Positions 37,106-47,303 of a stretch of 64,000 nucleotides of DNA are shown here, piece by piece. The DNA lies in the IMG/VR virus record IMGVR_UViG_3300030102_007485, positions 1 through 64,000 of that record; one strand, 5' to 3'. Position 1 is the stretch's first letter. Every line of letters begins with the position of its first letter. This DNA is from a virus. A program made the position numbers and the translations under genes. A model generated the notes under the pieces. That model made no database searches and was not told where the DNA came from. It saw nothing but the letters and a program-made list of their open reading frames with translations.

Positions 37106-37857
37106 AAGACCTTCTGATTCTTTATCCCCATGGATTGGGTGACTGTATTTTGTTGACCCCGGCGATAAGAGAGTTTTACTACAAAACAGGTAATAAGGTA
37201 CACATTGCAACTCTAGAGAGATTTAGAACAGCAAAGTTTTTTGAGAACAATCCCTATGTTGATAAAATTTTTTACACAAAGGACGCTTGGCACGATTATC
37301 CCAACTCTCAAGTAGGGTTTTTCTCTCTCAAGGAAGAATGGAAGCAGTTCGCAAAAGATAATGGATTTTCCGGGTTCGTGATGCCAATGCACTCAGAACC
37401 AATAAATAAGATAGTGCTAAACTGTCAACATCTGGGAATCACAAAGGCATCAAGTTACAAGACTGAAGTTTATACGAGCAAGCAGGATGCGGAAAGGGCA
37501 AAAGAGTTGGTGAGTAGTTTGGTGAGTGACTCAAATTATGGGTTTGTTCAGACTACAACGGGCGTCCCAAGCAAGGATCTGCCTCAAGGGTACGGCAGGA
37601 AGTACCTTAATGACATGGGTATTGAAAGTGTTATCGAGATAGGAAAAGAGATAAATTTTCTGGACGAAAACATAAACGTTCAGTTTGAGATTCTCCGCAC
37701 TGCAGCAGCAGTGTGTATACCAGATTCGGTATTTTATCACGCATGTCACGCCATGGACAAGAAGGTTGATTTTGCTTATTTTGGAAGAGGTCCTGGTGTC
37801 TACGAGAGGGTGCGCCCACTTCATGAAGTGCAAGAGAGGATAGTGTACAAATTGTAG
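37102..37857 (+). CDS. GT9 (heptosyltransferase-like) glycosyltransferase
   Basis: GLGDCILLTP, NPYVD and DSVFYHAC motifs. Confidence 0.7.
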   Translation: MKDLLILYPHGLGDCILLTPAIREFYYKTGNKVHIATLERFRTAKFFENNPYVDKIFYTKDAWHDYPNSQVGFFSLKEEWKQFAKDNGFSGFVMPMHSEPINKIVLNCQHLGITKASSYKTEVYTSKQDAERAKELVSSLVSDSNYGFVQTTTGVPSKDLPQGYGRKYLNDMGIESVIEIGKEINFLDENINVQFEILRTAAAVCIPDSVFYHACHAMDKKVDFAYFGRGPGVYERVRPLHEVQERIVYKL

Positions 37858-37867
37858 GGGGGTTAGA

Positions 37868-38467
37868 ATGTCTGATTACATAAAGATAATAAAAACAAAT
37901 AAAAAAAATATACAATTTGACATCCGACATAGGAGTGTTATAGACAGTTTTCCTGTCTATGACCCTGTAAGAACAGTCTTAGATGTTGGGTGTGGTCACG
38001 CCGCCGTCCCTAGGGAGTTGAGTGCCATGGGATTCACTGTCGATGCCATAGACATCGAGGAGAAAAGCAGTTGGAGTGAACCCACAGGCGTAAATTTTAT
38101 TCAGGATGATTTTATGGTTTCTAATAAGATTAAAAATGAGTATGACGTTGTTATGTGTTGTGAGGTGTTGGAGCATTTGACAAATTACAAAGAATTTTTT
38201 AACAAACTAATCAGTCTCGCAAAGCACAGACTGATCATCACTGTACCTTGGGAAAGATCCTACGACATGCCAGGTGATCCACCCATAGGTCATTGTAATT
38301 TTTGGTCAGATCAAGAAACTGGTAGTTTTAAGTCGATTGATGAGTTTTTGGATTTTGCAGAACCCTATTCTGTTTCCATATCAAAAATCTTAACAAAACC
38401 AAGAGATGTTTCTATGAAGCAAAAGGATTACCTAATCATCATAGACAAAAGGCAGACACATGGTTAG
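37868..38467 (+). CDS. Class I SAM methyltransferase
   Basis: VLDVGCG, EVLEH and ITVP motifs. Confidence 0.88.
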   Translation: MSDYIKIIKTNKKNIQFDIRHRSVIDSFPVYDPVRTVLDVGCGHAAVPRELSAMGFTVDAIDIEEKSSWSEPTGVNFIQDDFMVSNKIKNEYDVVMCCEVLEHLTNYKEFFNKLISLAKHRLIITVPWERSYDMPGDPPIGHCNFWSDQETGSFKSIDEFLDFAEPYSVSISKILTKPRDVSMKQKDYLIIIDKRQTHG

Positions 38468-39332
38468 TGTCCTATTCGTGGGAGTTTTTGATAAAACCCG
38501 AACCTCAACAAATACATCTCAAATATTGTCATTTAAGAACATAGGTTGCGAGGTTGTTGGATATGACTATAGAAGGCGCGCACTAGAAATTGGCAATTCC
38601 AATAGAGACGTTGAGATTGTAGACCTTGTGAGGAAGAGGTCGTTTGACCTTGTTGTTTACAGTAAGTGTAGTGAGGTTTCAAGTGAAGTCTTTGTTGAAA
38701 ATGCAAAAACAACTAAAACATGTATGTGGTTTATGGACCCGCTTATTTCATACAGCGACGAGATGCGCCAAAAAACTCGACTAGTAGACTATTTTTGTTG
38801 TGATAAGGAGAATGTGCTGGAAGAGGCAAAAAAATATAATGAAAAAAGTTTTCATGTGTGCGAAGGGTACGATGAAGAAGTAGACAAACCAGTGCATGTA
38901 GATGTCAAGTACGATGTCAGTTTTATAGGCGATACATATGGTGATCGACTATCAAAGATCCGCAACATAAACACCCCAGTTCAGGTTATCAATGGTGTTT
39001 ATGGTAAGAAACACGCTGAAGCGGTTTGCAGTACAAGGATAAATTTAAACTTTTGCACCTCAGACGGCGCTTCTGACAGGGTTTACAAGATCATGGCATC
39101 CGGTGGGTTTTTGTTGTCTGATGATTGGAAAGGTCGCGAAAAACACTTTAAAGATGGTCAAGAAATTGTTATATTTAAATCTGTGGAAGATCTCAACGAA
39201 AAGATAGATTATTATCTAAAAAATCCACAACAAAGAAAAGACATAGCAAACAGTGCTTTGAAGAAAGTTAAAAAATTCAATAGAGCAAACTGGGCAAAAA
39301 GAATAATCGACATATATGAGCAAATTAGATAA
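38460..39332 (+). CDS. Glycosyltransferase (Glyco_trans_1_2/CgeB-like)
   Basis: DVSFIG, RVYKIMASGGF and IDYYLKNP..R motifs. Confidence 0.8.
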   Translation: MVSVLFVGVFDKTRTSTNTSQILSFKNIGCEVVGYDYRRRALEIGNSNRDVEIVDLVRKRSFDLVVYSKCSEVSSEVFVENAKTTKTCMWFMDPLISYSDEMRQKTRLVDYFCCDKENVLEEAKKYNEKSFHVCEGYDEEVDKPVHVDVKYDVSFIGDTYGDRLSKIRNINTPVQVINGVYGKKHAEAVCSTRINLNFCTSDGASDRVYKIMASGGFLLSDDWKGREKHFKDGQEIVIFKSVEDLNEKIDYYLKNPQQRKDIANSALKKVKKFNRANWAKRIIDIYEQIR

Positions 39333-40140
39333 GCATTTGGTCGCTGGTCCTTGGATTGGTGAGTTTGGTTGGGAATTATTTGCTTGGCAGGCATACATCA
39401 GGGCAATGTCAAGACTTTATGAAAAAACAACAATAATTTGTAGAAGCAGTTCTGTGCACTTGTATGAAGATTTTTCAAATGACTTTATTGACTGCAGTCC
39501 CACTGACGGACAAGCAGATTCTTTTTTTATGAATGGGGTAGACTTGAATTTACTTTGCAATAAAGTGCTTAGGGAGAATCGTCAACTTCTAGGTCCAAAA
39601 ACAGTGTTTGTGCCACCCAGGCGAGTGGGTTTTCCGCCACAAACCTCTTATTTGGAGGCAATTTCTTTTGGACAGCATTCTGTAAAACCGGAATATATAA
39701 AGTACGGACGTAAGAACAAGAGGCAATACGACTATGTTTTCCACATCAGGAGCAGAGAACTTAGAAAGCAGGATAATTGGAGTATTGAAAATTGGCAAAA
39801 CTTAAGAAAACTTTTGGGAGACGACAAAAGAATTGCGTGCATTGGGACGAAAAGGTCTTCAGGTATCATTGGGGATGTTGACGACCTCAGAGATCAACCT
39901 CTGAAGGAGGTTTGTGATGTTCTGTACAATTCCAGTTGTGCATTTGGTCCTTCTTCTGGACCTATGCATCTTGCAAGTTTGTGTGGTACTCCACATGTTG
40001 TCTGGTCTCGACCCGAGAACAAAAATAGGTACGAAATTACATGGAATCCACTAAGTACAAAAGTGTTGTTCATGGGTGATCATTCGTGGCATCCTAGTTC
40101 AGAGTATGTGTATGAAAATTATAAAAAATGGAGTGAGTAA
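39316..40140 (+). CDS. GT9-like glycosyltransferase
   Basis: GEFGWEL, NW..W and SSGPMHLASLCGTP motifs. Confidence 0.7.
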   Translation: MSKLDKHLVAGPWIGEFGWELFAWQAYIRAMSRLYEKTTIICRSSSVHLYEDFSNDFIDCSPTDGQADSFFMNGVDLNLLCNKVLRENRQLLGPKTVFVPPRRVGFPPQTSYLEAISFGQHSVKPEYIKYGRKNKRQYDYVFHIRSRELRKQDNWSIENWQNLRKLLGDDKRIACIGTKRSSGIIGDVDDLRDQPLKEVCDVLYNSSCAFGPSSGPMHLASLCGTPHVVWSRPENKNRYEITWNPLSTKVLFMGDHSWHPSSEYVYENYKKWSE

Positions 40141-41742
40141 GTGAAGATAGTAGGTTTTCAGTCTGGACATGATGTTTCGTACTGTATTTTAGAAAATGGA
40201 GTGCCCATAGTGCACGAAGAGTTGGAGAGGGTCATAAGAAAGAAAGAACCAGGTGGTGATGGTTTAGAATTCTTTTTTGAAAGAAACAAAGATTTGCAGG
40301 ATATCAAGCATTTCGCCTTTGGTTGTTTTGGTTCGAGGAGCGAGTATTGGTCTAAGCGAGCGCGATTTGATCCATTTAAAAAAGAGTTTGATAAAAAAAT
40401 GAAGGACGTTTTGAGGTCGTCTGGAGGGAGGTATTATGAACTGGGTCACCATTTGAGTCATGCAGCAAACGCATACTATACAAGTCCATTTGATGAGGCA
40501 ATGATAATAACAGTCGATGGAGGCGGTTCAGAGTCTCCTGGACAAACAACCGCACTGACTATAAATTATGGCATACAAAACAAGATAAATAGACTACACA
40601 TATATCCAGAACATCAGGTAAATTTAGGGAGTTTATGGTTCAAATTTACAGGAGAGATCTTTGGTCTTTCCACTGGTTATCCAATAGGAAATCAGGCAGG
40701 TTCGGTCATGGCAATGGCAACCATGGGTGAGGCAAAGTACCTAGACTTGATGCACCTAAACATGGCGTACGATACAAATATGCCTAATTTTATAAAATTA
40801 AAAGAAATTGCTTCAAGGTCAGAACAAGACTCTTTTGATGTCGCAGCAACTTTGCAAGTCTATACAGAGACTACATTTAGAGATGCAATAGAGTTTTGGA
40901 TGAACAAGTACAAACCCAACAATGTCTGCTTTTCGGGAGGAGTGTCTCTTAATTGTGTAATGCTTGGTAAAATAAAAGACTGGTTTCCTTTTGTAAAGCA
41001 TATTTTTTGTGACCCTGTGCCTTATGACGGCGGATTATCGCTAGGATCAGCAAGGTATGTCTGGCATCACTTGTTGGATAATCCAAAAATAAAGTCTGCG
41101 GAAAATATGACGCCATATCTTGGCAGACCATACAATGAAAATGAAATCACTGCATCCATTGAGGAATACAGGTCATCAGGCAAAATAAGGACAAAAAGCA
41201 CTACAGATGACGAAGTTTTAGATCTTCTTGATTCTCAAAAGATAGTTGCTGTATTTGGTGGCGCATCCGAATCTGGTCGCCGCGCTCTTGGTAATAGGAG
41301 TATACTGGCAGACCCTAGATCTGATAAGATGAAAGACACGATTAATCAGAGAGTCAAGCATCGTCAGTGGTACAGACCCTTTGCCCCTTCAATCTTGATA
41401 GAGGACACCAAGGATTGGTTTGAGGACGCCGTTTACAGTCCTTATATGTCATTTGCACTAAAATTTAAAAAAGACAAGGCGTCACAAGTCCCAGCGGTGG
41501 TGCATGAAGACGGAACAGGAAGGTTGCAAACGGTACAATCTTCTCTTAACCCATGGTACCACAATTTTATTACAAAATGGAAAGAAAAGTCAGGAGTGCC
41601 AATATTGCTGAACACCAGTTTTAATGACAGGGAACCAATAGTTGAGACTCCAGAGGATGCAATCAAGTGCTTTATTGGAACTGATATTGATTATTTGTAC
41701 TTTTATGAAACTGGTAATCTGGTCTCGAAAGGGGACGTTTAG
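40141..41742 (+). CDS. Carbamoyltransferase (NodU/CmcH family)
   Basis: GHD, HHLSHA, DGGG, GGVSLN, RALGNRS, RPFAP and LNTSFN motifs. Confidence 0.92.
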   Translation: MKIVGFQSGHDVSYCILENGVPIVHEELERVIRKKEPGGDGLEFFFERNKDLQDIKHFAFGCFGSRSEYWSKRARFDPFKKEFDKKMKDVLRSSGGRYYELGHHLSHAANAYYTSPFDEAMIITVDGGGSESPGQTTALTINYGIQNKINRLHIYPEHQVNLGSLWFKFTGEIFGLSTGYPIGNQAGSVMAMATMGEAKYLDLMHLNMAYDTNMPNFIKLKEIASRSEQDSFDVAATLQVYTETTFRDAIEFWMNKYKPNNVCFSGGVSLNCVMLGKIKDWFPFVKHIFCDPVPYDGGLSLGSARYVWHHLLDNPKIKSAENMTPYLGRPYNENEITASIEEYRSSGKIRTKSTTDDEVLDLLDSQKIVAVFGGASESGRRALGNRSILADPRSDKMKDTINQRVKHRQWYRPFAPSILIEDTKDWFEDAVYSPYMSFALKFKKDKASQVPAVVHEDGTGRLQTVQSSLNPWYHNFITKWKEKSGVPILLNTSFNDREPIVETPEDAIKCFIGTDIDYLYFYETGNLVSKGDV

Positions 41743-42476
41743 TGAAAAGGTTTTTGTGCACAAGCAATAAGTATGTAGATATTGTGGCAGATCACGCGCT
41801 TCTTTATAATAAGTTCTCTTCAGAAAGGAGGGAAGTAGAAGTCTTAGGGTTTGACCCTCCCTCGGTTGAATATCCGGATAATTACAAGTTTGTCTCCATG
41901 GGTAAGCAAGAGGACTTTCCTAATAAGGACTGGTCTACTCCAATTTTGCCTTTTATTGATGCAATAGAGGGTAGGTGTTTTGAGTTTTGGTGGGATGACA
42001 TGTTTCCAATTAGACCGTTCCGAGAAGACTTGTATGAAGAGGGGTCACGATTGATTGAGGATGGGAAGGTTCAAAAAGTCCATTTTTTCATGGGGTCGAA
42101 AGAACAATACTATTCGTGCAAACCTTATAACCAAAACTTTATGGTACTTTCGCAAGAAGCAGAGTACCGCTCAGGATTACCCGCCGCTTTTTGGGACAAG
42201 GAATATTTTTTAAAAAACTTAAAACCAGGCATGACTCCATGGCAATATGAAATACACAATCAACCAAAAATGTATCGCGATGGTGCGATACAATTGATAC
42301 CAAAAAATGAACCAATTGTGGGATGGGTCAACATGTTTAGGCAGGGAAAGTTTAATGATTGGATGTGGAACAATTACAAGAATAGTGAAACTGGTCATTT
42401 TGCTTGGAATAAGTTTCAAAAATTGACGCCCGACGTGGCAGCAATCGTGGGATCCTATGAAGGAAAGGAATTGTGA
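41742..42476 (+). CDS. Putative GT-A-like protein
   Basis: WDDMF and TPWQYE motifs; gene context. Confidence 0.5.
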   Translation: MKRFLCTSNKYVDIVADHALLYNKFSSERREVEVLGFDPPSVEYPDNYKFVSMGKQEDFPNKDWSTPILPFIDAIEGRCFEFWWDDMFPIRPFREDLYEEGSRLIEDGKVQKVHFFMGSKEQYYSCKPYNQNFMVLSQEAEYRSGLPAAFWDKEYFLKNLKPGMTPWQYEIHNQPKMYRDGAIQLIPKNEPIVGWVNMFRQGKFNDWMWNNYKNSETGHFAWNKFQKLTPDVAAIVGSYEGKEL

Positions 42477-43576
42477 TGAAAATACCTCAGTTTATGCCTC
42501 TCGTCGGAAAGGACGAATATACTGCAATTAAGAAATGCTTTGAAGATAATTGGATTACCGAAGGACCACAGGCGAAAATTTTTAAAGAAAAGTTGTTAAA
42601 GTTGATTGGGTCCAAGCACGGTGAGTTCGCTCCAAACGGCACACTGGCAATCTACTTAGCATTAAAGGCGGCGGGGGTCCAACCGGGTGATGAGGTGTTG
42701 GTACCTAATTTCACCTTTATTGCATCTGCTACATCTGTTGTCATGGTTGGTGCAACTCCAATTTTTGTGGATGTAGACGAGAACTTGCAAATAGATCTAA
42801 GTAAGTGTGGTGCACGCCTATCTGACAAGACCACGGCGATTATGACCGCTCACATGTACGGCACTTGTGGAGATATGCCATCGGTTATGCAGTTTGCAAG
42901 AAAGCATGGACTTGTTGTTGTTGAGGACGCCGCACAAGCACTCGGAGTTACTTGGGACGGTCAGCACGCTGGGACTTTTGGAGATGTTGCAACTTTTTCT
43001 TTTTTTGCTGATAAGACAATCACTTGTGGCGAAGGTGGTTTTGTAATCACAAACGACGACAACGTGGCAGAAGAGTTAGTTTATCTAAGAAATCAAGGAA
43101 GGATAAACAGGGGCACCTTTGTCCATCCAGAGATAGGGTATAACTTCAGAATAACAGACATGCACGCAGCAATGGGCAATGTTCAAATAGGCAAACTAGA
43201 TTGGATAGTGGGTAGAAAACTAGAGATATACCAGGCGTATAAAAAAAGATTGCAAAGCAATTCAAGGTTTTCTTTTTTTGGTCCCATGAAAAAGTCTGGG
43301 TTTATACCATTTAGAGTTTGTATTATTGATAAACTGGGGCAAGCGTCAAACGTGATGGATAAGTTGCAAGAACATGGCGTTGAACCACGAACTTTTTTCT
43401 ACCCAATGCACAAGCAACCATGTTTTTCGGACATTGTCAAAAAAGCAAACTACTCAGAGGACGAGTTCTCTGTGTCTAATAAAATGTATGAAAGTGGTGT
43501 TTGTCTTCCCACCTTTTTGCAAATTACGGATGAAGAAATAGACTACATTTGTGATATAATCAATAGTAATTTTTAG
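42473..43576 (+). CDS. DegT-family aminotransferase (GDP-perosamine synthase-like)
   Basis: EDAAQ, FSFFADKTITCGEGG (catalytic Lys) and GYNFR motifs. Confidence 0.88.
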   Translation: MMKIPQFMPLVGKDEYTAIKKCFEDNWITEGPQAKIFKEKLLKLIGSKHGEFAPNGTLAIYLALKAAGVQPGDEVLVPNFTFIASATSVVMVGATPIFVDVDENLQIDLSKCGARLSDKTTAIMTAHMYGTCGDMPSVMQFARKHGLVVVEDAAQALGVTWDGQHAGTFGDVATFSFFADKTITCGEGGFVITNDDNVAEELVYLRNQGRINRGTFVHPEIGYNFRITDMHAAMGNVQIGKLDWIVGRKLEIYQAYKKRLQSNSRFSFFGPMKKSGFIPFRVCIIDKLGQASNVMDKLQEHGVEPRTFFYPMHKQPCFSDIVKKANYSEDEFSVSNKMYESGVCLPTFLQITDEEIDYICDIINSNF

Positions 43577-43587
43577 GAGGTTATATT

Positions 43588-44745
43588 ATGAAATACCCGT
43601 TGGTCAAAGACACAATACGTGATAGCGACATAGATTCTCTTTGTGAGTGGTTGAAGACGTATCCAAGGTTATCTAAGGGTCCTTTGACGCCTGTCTTTGA
43701 GGACAAGTGGTCAAAGTGGTTAGGTTCAAAATATTCTGTTTATGTAAATTCTGGTTCTTCTGCAAATTTACTTATATTAAGCGCTCTTGTGGAGACAGGT
43801 AGAATCTCTAGGGACGCAAAGGTCGTAGTGCCTGCTGTTAGTTGGGCAACTGACCTCGCCCCAGTGATGCAACTAGGGTTGTCACCTGTTTTGTGTGATT
43901 GTAATATGGAGGATCTTTCAATAGACCTGGAGCAGTTTGAAAAGGTTTGCCAAGTCGAACGACCTCAAGCAATAATTTTTGTCAGTGTTCTTGGATTGGT
44001 GCCAGATATGGAGCGTTTGACGTCCATTTGCGAGAGATATGGAGTTATTCTTATAGAAGATACTTGTGAATCCTTCGGCAGCGAGTACCAGGGTAAAAAG
44101 TTGGGTACTTTTGGACTCGCTTCCACGTTTAGTTTGTATTTTGGTCATCACCTGTCAACGATTGAGGGTGGAATTGTCTCCACTGACGATGCTGATCTGT
44201 ACAATGCTCTGTTAAGTATTCGGAGTCATGGTTGGATGCGAGATTGCGAAAGTGAATACGCACTAAAAAAACACAAAGAGTGGCAAACAGAAGAATTTAA
44301 CAGTTGTTATACTTTTTACTACCCAGGGTTCAACCTTCGCAGTACTGATCTCCAGGCACATATCGGAATTAGACAGATGGATTATGCAGATACCGTGAAT
44401 CGCACTCGTGAACAAAATTTTAGATATTATTTGCAATCGATTTCAGATGAAATTTGGAAACCGATGTATCGTGAGGGTTGTTTTGTCTCTAATTTTTGCT
44501 ATCCTTTGGTAGTAGACAACCGACAGACTGTGTGTGACCACCTAGAACGAAACGGCATTGAAACAAGACCGCTTATTGCGGGGTCTATGTCTAGTCAACC
44601 ATTTTATGTTCAAAGATATGGTGAAAGTTTGATGCCAAATGCAGACAGAGTACACAAAAATGGTCTGTATATACCAAATAATCATGCTATGACACCACAG
44701 CAGGTAGGTTTTATATCATCTGTCGTAAATCGATCCATTCAGTAA
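43588..44745 (+). CDS. ColD/E1-type PLP 3-dehydratase
   Basis: NSGSSANL, EDTCE and YFGHHLSTIEGG (His in place of Lys). Confidence 0.82.
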   Translation: MKYPLVKDTIRDSDIDSLCEWLKTYPRLSKGPLTPVFEDKWSKWLGSKYSVYVNSGSSANLLILSALVETGRISRDAKVVVPAVSWATDLAPVMQLGLSPVLCDCNMEDLSIDLEQFEKVCQVERPQAIIFVSVLGLVPDMERLTSICERYGVILIEDTCESFGSEYQGKKLGTFGLASTFSLYFGHHLSTIEGGIVSTDDADLYNALLSIRSHGWMRDCESEYALKKHKEWQTEEFNSCYTFYYPGFNLRSTDLQAHIGIRQMDYADTVNRTREQNFRYYLQSISDEIWKPMYREGCFVSNFCYPLVVDNRQTVCDHLERNGIETRPLIAGSMSSQPFYVQRYGESLMPNADRVHKNGLYIPNNHAMTPQQVGFISSVVNRSIQ

Positions 44746-45245
44746 TGAATTTTCCTAAAAAACAGGCAAAAACCCAATCTTTTGATGGTCTGGTCATCGA
44801 TAATCCAGATTGTTACCATGATTTTAGAGGATATTACTGGACAGTCTGCAAAGATGATGAGAAAATATACAATCATGACAAGATCACTGTCTCAAAAAGG
44901 AATGTTCTTAGGGGGATCCATGGTGACTTTAACACCGTCAAGATGGTATCGTGCGTATACGGTGAAATCTACTGTGTGGTTGTGGACAAGAGACCAGATT
45001 CCAAGACATACGACCAGTGGCGCTGGATAATGCTCAGTCACACCAATAGAACAACCGTAAAAATCCCCGCAGGTGTTGGATTGTCCTATCTTGTAACCAG
45101 TGACGAGGCGACAGTGCTTTATAAACTCTCTTATAGAGGGTCTTATCAGGATTCAGACAACCAATTTACATACAAGTGGGACGACCCAAATTTGGGGATA
45201 GATTGGCCAATTAGTTCTCCAATATTGCAAAAAAGAGATAAATAA
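44745..45245 (+). CDS. RmlC-like NDP-4-keto sugar 3,5-epimerase
   Basis: DFRG, NVLRGIH and WDDPNLGIDWP motifs. Confidence 0.85.
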   Translation: MNFPKKQAKTQSFDGLVIDNPDCYHDFRGYYWTVCKDDEKIYNHDKITVSKRNVLRGIHGDFNTVKMVSCVYGEIYCVVVDKRPDSKTYDQWRWIMLSHTNRTTVKIPAGVGLSYLVTSDEATVLYKLSYRGSYQDSDNQFTYKWDDPNLGIDWPISSPILQKRDK

Positions 45246-45283
45246 AGAAAAAAAAACATAAATATATGGTAGTATGGTGTAGT

Positions 45284-45451
45284 ATGACTTACGAATTATG
45301 GCAACTGGTGACTTATGGAGAGGGAGAACCGCCGACCCCCTTGTTTAAGATCGCAGAATCTAAAGAATTTGAAGATATTTATAGACTATTCATGAAAGAG
45401 GTAAAAACTAAGTTGTGTGTAATAGTCCTACAAAAGGAGGGCAAGAATTGA
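45284..45451 (+). CDS. Small hypothetical protein
   Basis: ORF track. Confidence 0.5.
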   Translation: MTYELWQLVTYGEGEPPTPLFKIAESKEFEDIYRLFMKEVKTKLCVIVLQKEGKN

Positions 45452-46413
45452 AGCGAGCACTCATAACTGGCATTAGCGGACAGGACGGAAGTTACTTGGC
45501 AGAGTATCTACTTGGTTTGGGATATGAAGTCCACGGCACCGTCCGACGCCACTCTGTTTCTGAGAATCAGACAGCAAGACTTAAAGACATAGAGAACAGC
45601 ATACAGACTCATTATGCGGATCTAACAGATCACCACTCCCTCAGAAGGGTCTTCAATGTCTCACAACCAGATGAGATCTACAACCTTGCCGCTATGAGTC
45701 ATGTTAGGGTTAGTTTCGATATGCCAGCATACACAATACAAACGAATGCACTGGGTGTTCTTAATATGTTGGAGATTTACAGAGAGAGTTTTCCAAAAGC
45801 AAAGTTCTATCAAGCATCATCATCTGAAATGTTTGGAAACTCGATAGATTCGGATGGAATTCAAAGACTTAGCACCCCAATGAACCCTGTCAGTCCGTAT
45901 GGGTGCTCTAAGGTTATGGGATATAATCTGGTTAGGCACTATAGAAATGCTTACGGATTACATGCCTGTAATGGCGTTTTGTTCAATCATGAGTCGCCTC
46001 GTAGAGGAACAAACTTTGTGACCAACAAGGTTGTAAAAACCGCGGTACAAATAAAAAAAGGCGTTGTAGACAAATTAGAACTTGGGAACCTAGACGCAAA
46101 AAGGGATTGGGGTCACTCTCTTGACTACGTCAGAGCAATGCATATGATCACAAATCACACCACACCAGATGAGTTTGTCATTGCAACTGGGATAACTCAT
46201 TCTGTCAGAGACTTGTGTGAAACCGTTTTTTCTAAACTGGGCATGAATTATAAAGATTATGTCGTACAAAATCAAAAATATATGCGACCAGAAGAGTTGG
46301 AATATCTCAAAGGTGATCCAACTCGCGCCAAAGAAATTTTAGGATGGGAACCAGAGTATACCTTTGATTCTATGATCGAAGAGATGATAGCAAGATGGAT
46401 GCGCGAGATCTGA
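45448..46413 (+). CDS. gmd: GDP-mannose 4,6-dehydratase
   Basis: TGISGQDGSYL, SHVRVSF, LFNHESPRRG and RDWG motifs. Confidence 0.95.
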   Translation: MKRALITGISGQDGSYLAEYLLGLGYEVHGTVRRHSVSENQTARLKDIENSIQTHYADLTDHHSLRRVFNVSQPDEIYNLAAMSHVRVSFDMPAYTIQTNALGVLNMLEIYRESFPKAKFYQASSSEMFGNSIDSDGIQRLSTPMNPVSPYGCSKVMGYNLVRHYRNAYGLHACNGVLFNHESPRRGTNFVTNKVVKTAVQIKKGVVDKLELGNLDAKRDWGHSLDYVRAMHMITNHTTPDEFVIATGITHSVRDLCETVFSKLGMNYKDYVVQNQKYMRPEELEYLKGDPTRAKEILGWEPEYTFDSMIEEMIARWMREI

Positions 46414-46416
46414 GGT

Positions 46417-46737
46417 ATGTATAAGAAGATACTTAAAACCGTTTTGGGGTTTCCCAAAAATACCAATTTTTATAGCACCGCAGCAAAAGAGGTGCTTTCT
46501 AGGAAAATAACAGAGACTATTAAGGAGAAAATAGAAATGAGATTATCAAACCAGGCATTAGGTGCTATTATGATGGCGCTGCAAAACTCACTTATGAATC
46601 AGACTGACATTGTTCCAGTCTTGCAGGGACTTCACTTTCAATTGACTGACAACGAAGAACTTAAAGTGTTAAACCCGCCAGCAGTTAAGGCGTCTGACGT
46701 AACACCTGAAACAAATAATACAACAGGCAGCGACTAA
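46417..46737 (+). CDS. Hypothetical protein (alternative start 46537)
   Basis: ORF track; both starts have an SD. Confidence 0.6.
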   Translation: MYKKILKTVLGFPKNTNFYSTAAKEVLSRKITETIKEKIEMRLSNQALGAIMMALQNSLMNQTDIVPVLQGLHFQLTDNEELKVLNPPAVKASDVTPETNNTTGSD

Positions 46738-46740
46738 GAA

Positions 46741-46992
46741 GTGCCTCAGTATCTTTATGAGTGTAAGGTGTGCAAGCACCGTATGGATGTTTGGCATTCC
46801 ATGACTGTCAAACTAACAGACTGTGAAGAGTGTGGTGCACCAAACTCCCTGTTTCGTTTACCGTCCATGGATAATACGTCCATTAGCGTGCTGAATAAAA
46901 AAAAGACGGGGCAAATAGTTGATCAATACATAAAAGATACTAAAGAATCCATAAGAAAACAAAAAAAGGAAATGAAGAGCACAAAGTTATGA
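46741..46992 (+). CDS. FmdB-like zinc-ribbon protein
   Basis: MPQYLYECKVC...CEECG pattern. Confidence 0.85.
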   Translation: MPQYLYECKVCKHRMDVWHSMTVKLTDCEECGAPNSLFRLPSMDNTSISVLNKKKTGQIVDQYIKDTKESIRKQKKEMKSTKL

Positions 46993-47303
46993 TAGAGTTG
47001 TTTTTAGTATTGTCAGTATGTCTAAACCTTTTCGGATTCATCTATGTTAGATGGGTCTTGAGGCAATTCAATGACTTAAACGATAATTTAAAATCTCTGT
47101 TTGATGATTTGATGATGTATGGCGTGCATGTTGACTCAATCCACCAAACAGAGATGTATTACGGAGACTCTACCCTGAAAATGCTAATAGACCACACTAA
47201 GGAATTGACAAAACAAATAGAGGAGTATAAAGATTACCTTTTTCCGGGTGAAGAAACAGACGAATATGAAGCAAACGACGACACGACGACGCAAGAGAAC
47301 TAA
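46989..47303 (+). CDS. N-anchored membrane/coiled-coil protein
   Basis: Hydrophobic N-terminus. Confidence 0.7.
   Translation: MIELFLVLSVCLNLFGFIYVRWVLRQFNDLNDNLKSLFDDLMMYGVHVDSIHQTEMYYGDSTLKMLIDHTKELTKQIEEYKDYLFPGEETDEYEANDDTTTQEN

Noticed and set aside
30226-46413. Bacterial LPS locus, implying a host chromosome or prophage junction
   Set aside because: It is flanked seamlessly by phage genes, shows the same RGCY avoidance where checked, and has no export genes or att/integrase signal.
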